The translations under genes were made by a program, and so were the position numbers. From contig OZ287074.1 in NCBI GenBank assembly GCA_965645245.1, positions 2,294,001-2,358,000 of the forward strand: 64,000 nucleotides of DNA, in the 5' to 3' direction. The number at the start of each line of letters is the position of its first letter. Positions within the stretch are counted from its first letter, which is position 1. Positions 60,912 through 64,000 of this stretch are shown piece by piece. This DNA comes from Massalongia carnosa (Eukaryota). The notes under the pieces were generated by a model, which did not search any database, was not told the origin of the DNA, and was given only the letters and a program-made list of their open reading frames with translations.

Positions 60912-63900
60912 TTTGATTTGATTTGATTATTCTTACGCCGTTGTGTCACCGGCCGAAGGCCGGCCCATGCGGGAGATGCTATATAAGCTATGTAAAAAGT
61001 AGAAAACCCAAAGGTGAAAAACTACTCCTGCGTATCCGCTTCATCGGGGGTTCGCCGCTCCCGCGGATTGATTCCTGTATCTCGAAAATCTGCGATACCT
61101 GTTTTTCAAACTGAAGAGAGACTGCCCGGCTGCTGTTCAAGCAGTTGCGTGGCAATGGAATACTGTGTTAAAATACCTGTGCGCATGAGCCACGCGGTTA
61201 CTACTTTGAGAGCTTTGGGTTCGGTGATTAGCTTGCGGTAGTCTGACGAGCCTGCCGTTCGTAGCATGTGCGTTCTGTGTTCGTGCAGTCTGCAGAACAT
61301 GATTACATGTTTGGCTGTTTGTAAGAGGCTTCCGCAGGGACATGCCGCCGAGTTCACACCTGGGACCTTGCGCCGATATAGAAAGTTGGCCAATCCGATT
61401 TTTTCCGTTCTTATCTGTGTTGCTAGTGAGCTTTGCGCTTTGTCTAGTAACTTGTGTGCGTTAAGCCTTTTCCTGTGTATAGGCGCCTGTTGTGCGATCG
61501 TGGGATATAACGTGTGTTTTGCTTGATATGCTTTCCACTTGTTGATCCACTGATTCTCAAAGTGCTTCTTTATTATCCCGTCTCGTTGGTTCTGCGTCGT
61601 TACTTGCGCTGTGCGTTGTCTCTTCTGTGCCTCGTCGATCGTTGTCCAGGGAGGGGGAGAGGGTTGATCCAGTTTAACTGTTTTCGGTGCGTCTTTCGTC
61701 ATCTTTGTTACCCATTCTCGTTTACGAGTTCCCGGTGTTTTCTCTGCGACTCGCGATTGACCTCTTTTGCCTCTGAGTTTCACTTGAATTCTATTGCACG
61801 CCTGCTTTATAATTTTTTCCTGTTCGCTGTTCGAGATTCTGGATCTCGTTTTTGCTTGTAAGCGGTCTAGATGTTGCGTTAAGGGAGGGATGTGGGTTTC
61901 TGCCTGTAATACTTCAATTGGGGTAGCCTTGTACGCTCCGGCTATGACTCGTAAACACTTGTTTTGTATGACTTCGAGTTTGCTTCTTGATTCGACTTTG
62001 GCTTTCTTTCTTGCTTCGGCTGGCATGTGCCATGCTATCGAGCCGTGCGACATGGCGGGGCGTATCACTGCTGTGTACACGTGGCGGGCTCGTAGGAGGG
62101 TCGCCCCCCAGGTTGAGGCTGCGATTTTGGTCAGTGCCATTGTTTGTCTCGTCATTTTCTTCTGAATTTCCTTGTAATGCGCTGCCCAATCGAGTCTAGT
62201 GTCAATGTATACTCCCAGGACTCTTATCGAAGTCTTGGTCTTCAGGATCTTGCCTCTTACCGCGAAGGATGCGTCCAGGTTGAATTTCTTTGGATTCTTT
62301 GCCAGGTGTATCAGCTCGTATTTGTGTGGCGCGAATACGGAGCCGTGGCGAGCGGCCCATCGTTCGCAGTCGTTGTGTATTTTTTCCAGCGTTTTGCAAT
62401 TCTCTTCGGTGAACTTTCCGTACGCCAGTATATTAACGTCGTCTACGAAACCCATGCCCGCTGCGTTGGTACCTGGTCTATTGCAAATATCGAGTAAGTC
62501 TGCATTATAAAAGAGATATAGAATGGGAGACAAAGGAGATCCTTGCGGAATTCCTATATTCAGCTGAATGCGTTGGTTGTTCGTTGATTGATAGTGAGAG
62601 TGGTTTCTCTTTCCTTGAGGAAGCTTTCTGTCCATTTCGTGATCCATTCCGGAATTTGTCTCTTTCTCAGATTATGAATGAGCCTACGATGTGAAACCGT
62701 ATCGAAGGCGCCTGAGACGTCGATACTAAGAAGCGATGCTACTTTGTCTTTCCCTTGATTCCAGACCGTGTGTACCTGCTCCGTGAGTAGTTCGAGCGCT
62801 GTGTCCGTTGCGCGGCCTGGTCTTGCTCCCATTTGCGTGTCTGGAATTAATCTGAGTTTTTCCGTTAAATAGCTTATTTTCCTTGCTATAATGGATTCTA
62901 GCATTTTTCCAAGCGTGTTTAGGAGCGCAATGGGTCTCCACGCCTTAGGATCCGCGTAATTACTCTTTCCTGGTTTCTTCAGCGTGATGGTGTTGGCGGT
63001 TTTGAACGCTCGAGGATGATAACCCTGCTCTGCGCAGGCCTGGAACAGTGGTGTCAGCAACTTGATCAGATTTTCCGAGCATGCCTTGAGAATTCTATTT
63101 GTGATCCCGTCCGGACCGGGTGCCTTGTCTGGTTTCGACCTACGAAGCGCTGCCGCCACTTCTTCTTTCGTGATCAGGATGGGGCAGTCTGGGGTTTGCG
63201 GGTACGTGTATCCTACGATGTCGCTGAGATCTGCGTCCGGGGGTTAGGGGAAGAAAGATTTCTTTAGCATTTTCGCTTTCTCTTCGAAGGTATTGGCTAT
63301 CGTATCAGGGTCCTGGGTTGTGGCCAGGGGGGGCATTTTTGGGATTTCTCTGGGGGCGTCACTTTTGTTTTTACCCCACTTTGCTAGACGGAAGAGTCCG
63401 GATTGGGAAGTTGTGATTGTGGCTATTTGCTGTTTGAAGCAGAGATTTTTTGCTTTACCGATAATTTTTTGTTTCTTATCGTTTGCTTTAACGTAGTTTT
63501 TCCAATCCGCTAGGTTTCTTTCCGCGGTCCAGATTCTTCGTAGCCTACGAGTCTCTCTTGTTGCGTCGTCGCATTCCTTATTCCAAAAGGGTTTCGCCTC
63601 CGGGCTTGGTCTGGCCCATGGTACTGCTTTATCTACGATTTCCTTGAGGTAATCCTGGATTTCCTTGGTATATTGATCGATTTCCTCGATGCTGTGCGGC
63701 ATGCGTGGTGCGGGGGTTCTTTTCTCGATTTCTTTTACCTTGTCCATGTTTAGAAGTTTCCAGGCCCTTCGTGGGAGCTTTGTCAGGGGTTCGCAGGAGA
63801 GCCGCAGTCTCGTTGAAATCGGTATGTGATCGGAATCTTGATTCATCTCCGGGACCGTGGTGCAGTGTTCCAATCTCTCCGTTAAATCTTCTGTCATGAA

Positions 63901-64000
63901 CACCAGATCAATGGTGCTGGTCGAGTTTCTTGCTTCCCATGTAATTGTTCCTCTTGGAAGTGTGAGAGAGAGATTTTTGTTTTCTATAATGTCCAGCAGT
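60912..64000 (-). mobile_element. Tad1-like LINE (family B) ORF2, with frameshifts at ~62590 and ~63245; runs off the right window edge
   Basis: SDH, WRPIALL, GIPQGSPLS, FVDD and CPCG..HVIMFC; conserved 3' motif at 60948-60973 and (TCAAA)n tail. Confidence 0.93.

Noticed and set aside
1..64000. Starship giant transposon
   Set aside because: No tyrosine-recombinase captain gene or boundary recognised in this window; cannot be excluded for the wider region.

Overview
A transposon-saturated region of a filamentous ascomycete (Pezizomycotina-type) genome, judged from short spliceosomal introns, fungal NLR genes and fungal TE families. The best host-gene signal is at 0.7-6.9 kb: an apparently intact NB-ARC/TPR NLR lies head-to-head with a SesB-like alpha/beta-hydrolase gene. 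After manual splicing, the NLR N-terminus and the hydrolase C-terminus share a ~40-aa G/N/hydrophobic motif, which looks like an amyloid-signalling receptor/effector pair; the hydrolase carries one frameshift. The rest is mostly nested mobile DNA: Tad1-like LINEs of at least 3 families, two Fot1/pogo elements, two impala-like Tc1 elements, MULE, Gypsy and Copia remnants, and several solo LTRs. It also holds an apparently intact helicase-encoding AcademH-like DNA transposon, a young non-autonomous LTR element with an orphan 481-aa ORF, and a TSD-bounded chimeric LINE whose 5' part is a ~1.8-kb structured non-coding sequence with four copies of a hairpin motif. A 5'-truncated NACHT-WD40 NLR pseudogene lies at 54.3-56.6 kb. 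All calls come from reading the sequence by eye; no searches were run.
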